In this document: in pieces, positions 62,878 through 64,000 of the stretch | Position numbering within the stretch: position 1 is the stretch's first letter | Layout of the letters: each line of letters begins with the position of its first letter | Source of the DNA: Somniosus microcephalus | Taxonomy: Eukaryota | DNA length: 64,000 bases | Direction: 5' to 3' | Assembly (NCBI GenBank): GCA_052327205.1 | Contig: CM126229.1 | Span: 42,346,001-42,410,000, forward strand | Program-made: the position numbers and the translations under genes | The notes under the pieces: generated by a model | What the model saw: only the letters and a program-made list of their open reading frames with translations | Told to the model about the DNA's origin: nothing | The model's database searches: none

Positions 62878-64000
62878 CAGTGTAGGATACTGCCTCCAAA
62901 TATAGGATTCAGGATTTGATTTTCTAGGGCAATGAAGGGATCAAATCCAAACGACCTATTCAGTAAATACAAGGTTTGCTACGCTTTAAATGCAATGCAG
63001 TTTGTTCAGGATGACTGTTTTTTCCATGCAACTGAACTAACAATACTAAATGGTTTACTGAAGGGCTGATTCCAACTGGATGAAAAGGAGAAAACAGCCA
63101 TGAACCTTTCCACTCTCCCAATCTGGATCTATCTTCAGAACCATTTATGTTTATCTGACTGATTCCAGCATCCCAGAGGCTCAGACAGAGCTGAATGATA
63201 TTGTATTCAGACATGAGTAAGTAGTCTGGGATGGATTTGCTCCACTGGGAATGTTAACACTGCTGCTACACACATCTGTGAAACGTTTTTCTGAAACAAA
63301 TGCACAATAATTATCCAAAGCTGAAGCAGCCACTTTCTAATGAGTGGATTGCGAATACACAGTCACTTTCATCAATTCTTTTAACCCTACTTTCTCCTCC
63401 CAAGACCCAGGACACTCTGCTGTTACGTATGCAGGAGAATGGAATCATCAACCCTCAACCGTAATGTGTAATCAGTAAAAAAGCGGCAGGATTTAAGTGG
63501 AACAACATTTTTCTCTCCACTAATCCTCCCTCCCGACCCCAGAAGTTGTCATTTCTACTAGCCAGCTCGTGACCCAGGTGAAAAACTGACCGCTGAAGCT
63601 AGAAAGTTCAAATGACAGACCGCCCAAGCTTTTAACCCTCTAGTTTGAAGCCGAAGAGGTCACAGATTGCAAGACGCGAGTAGTTTCTTTGACAATACAG
63701 TCCAGTGGGAACTTGAGACGCCACTTGAAATTCATGCGATTCTAAAGGACAATAACTGAAATTTTTCTAAAGAGCAAATTAGAAACTTTAACAAGGTGCT
63801 ATATTTTGTTTTCTTTCCCACTCTCTTTTACTGTGTTTAATAATTGAAGTAGAGAAGGAAGGCGGGTAAAGGGAATGTTAAATGTGCCTGTTGGAAGTAA
63901 TGTGTAAACAGCAACATACTATGAGAGGGCTGTGTTCAAACAAGTCAACACTGGTCACTCCGCCCCTTTGTAGATCTGACCAAAGTTGAAAATCCTGAAA

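Noticed and set aside
51404-64000. RBFOX2 first exon or promoter (e.g. donor-like sites at about 58435 and 58325)
   Set aside because: No recognisable N-terminal peptide or CpG island. The isolated donors lack support.

Overview
Eukaryotic genomic DNA, most likely from a cartilaginous fish; this is inferred from the CR1/L2 LINE and DeuSINE-type repeat content. The window holds most of an RBFOX2-type splicing-factor gene on the minus strand. I located 11 GT-AG exons by homology to known RBFOX proteins, from the GSQEP...DAMVQP exon (51155-51403) through the RRM exons and the mutually exclusive B40/M43 pair to the penultimate YGRVY exon (92-164). The first exon(s) were not found and the last exon lies outside the window. 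The introns contain a near full-length but inactivated CR1 LINE (about 9598-14222), a 5'-truncated CR1 (about 59990-62877), many CR1/L2/SINE fragments, a solo LTR, two TIR elements, two minisatellites and a 346-bp direct duplication. The most notable observations are: (1) a U-UUA-AAC -1 frameshift signal joining CR1 ORF1 to ORF2; (2) a palindromic short repeat carrying twin minimal hammerhead-ribozyme-like motifs, with a sister copy flanked by a 16-bp target-site duplication (TSD); (3) an RBFOX autoregulation module made of (U)GCAUG sites on both splice sites of the 93-nt RRM exon plus several candidate poison exons; (4) a divergent in-frame 75-nt candidate cassette exon; (5) a 2.4-kb AG-free pyrimidine minisatellite ending in a 3' splice site. 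All calls come from manual reading, with no database searches.
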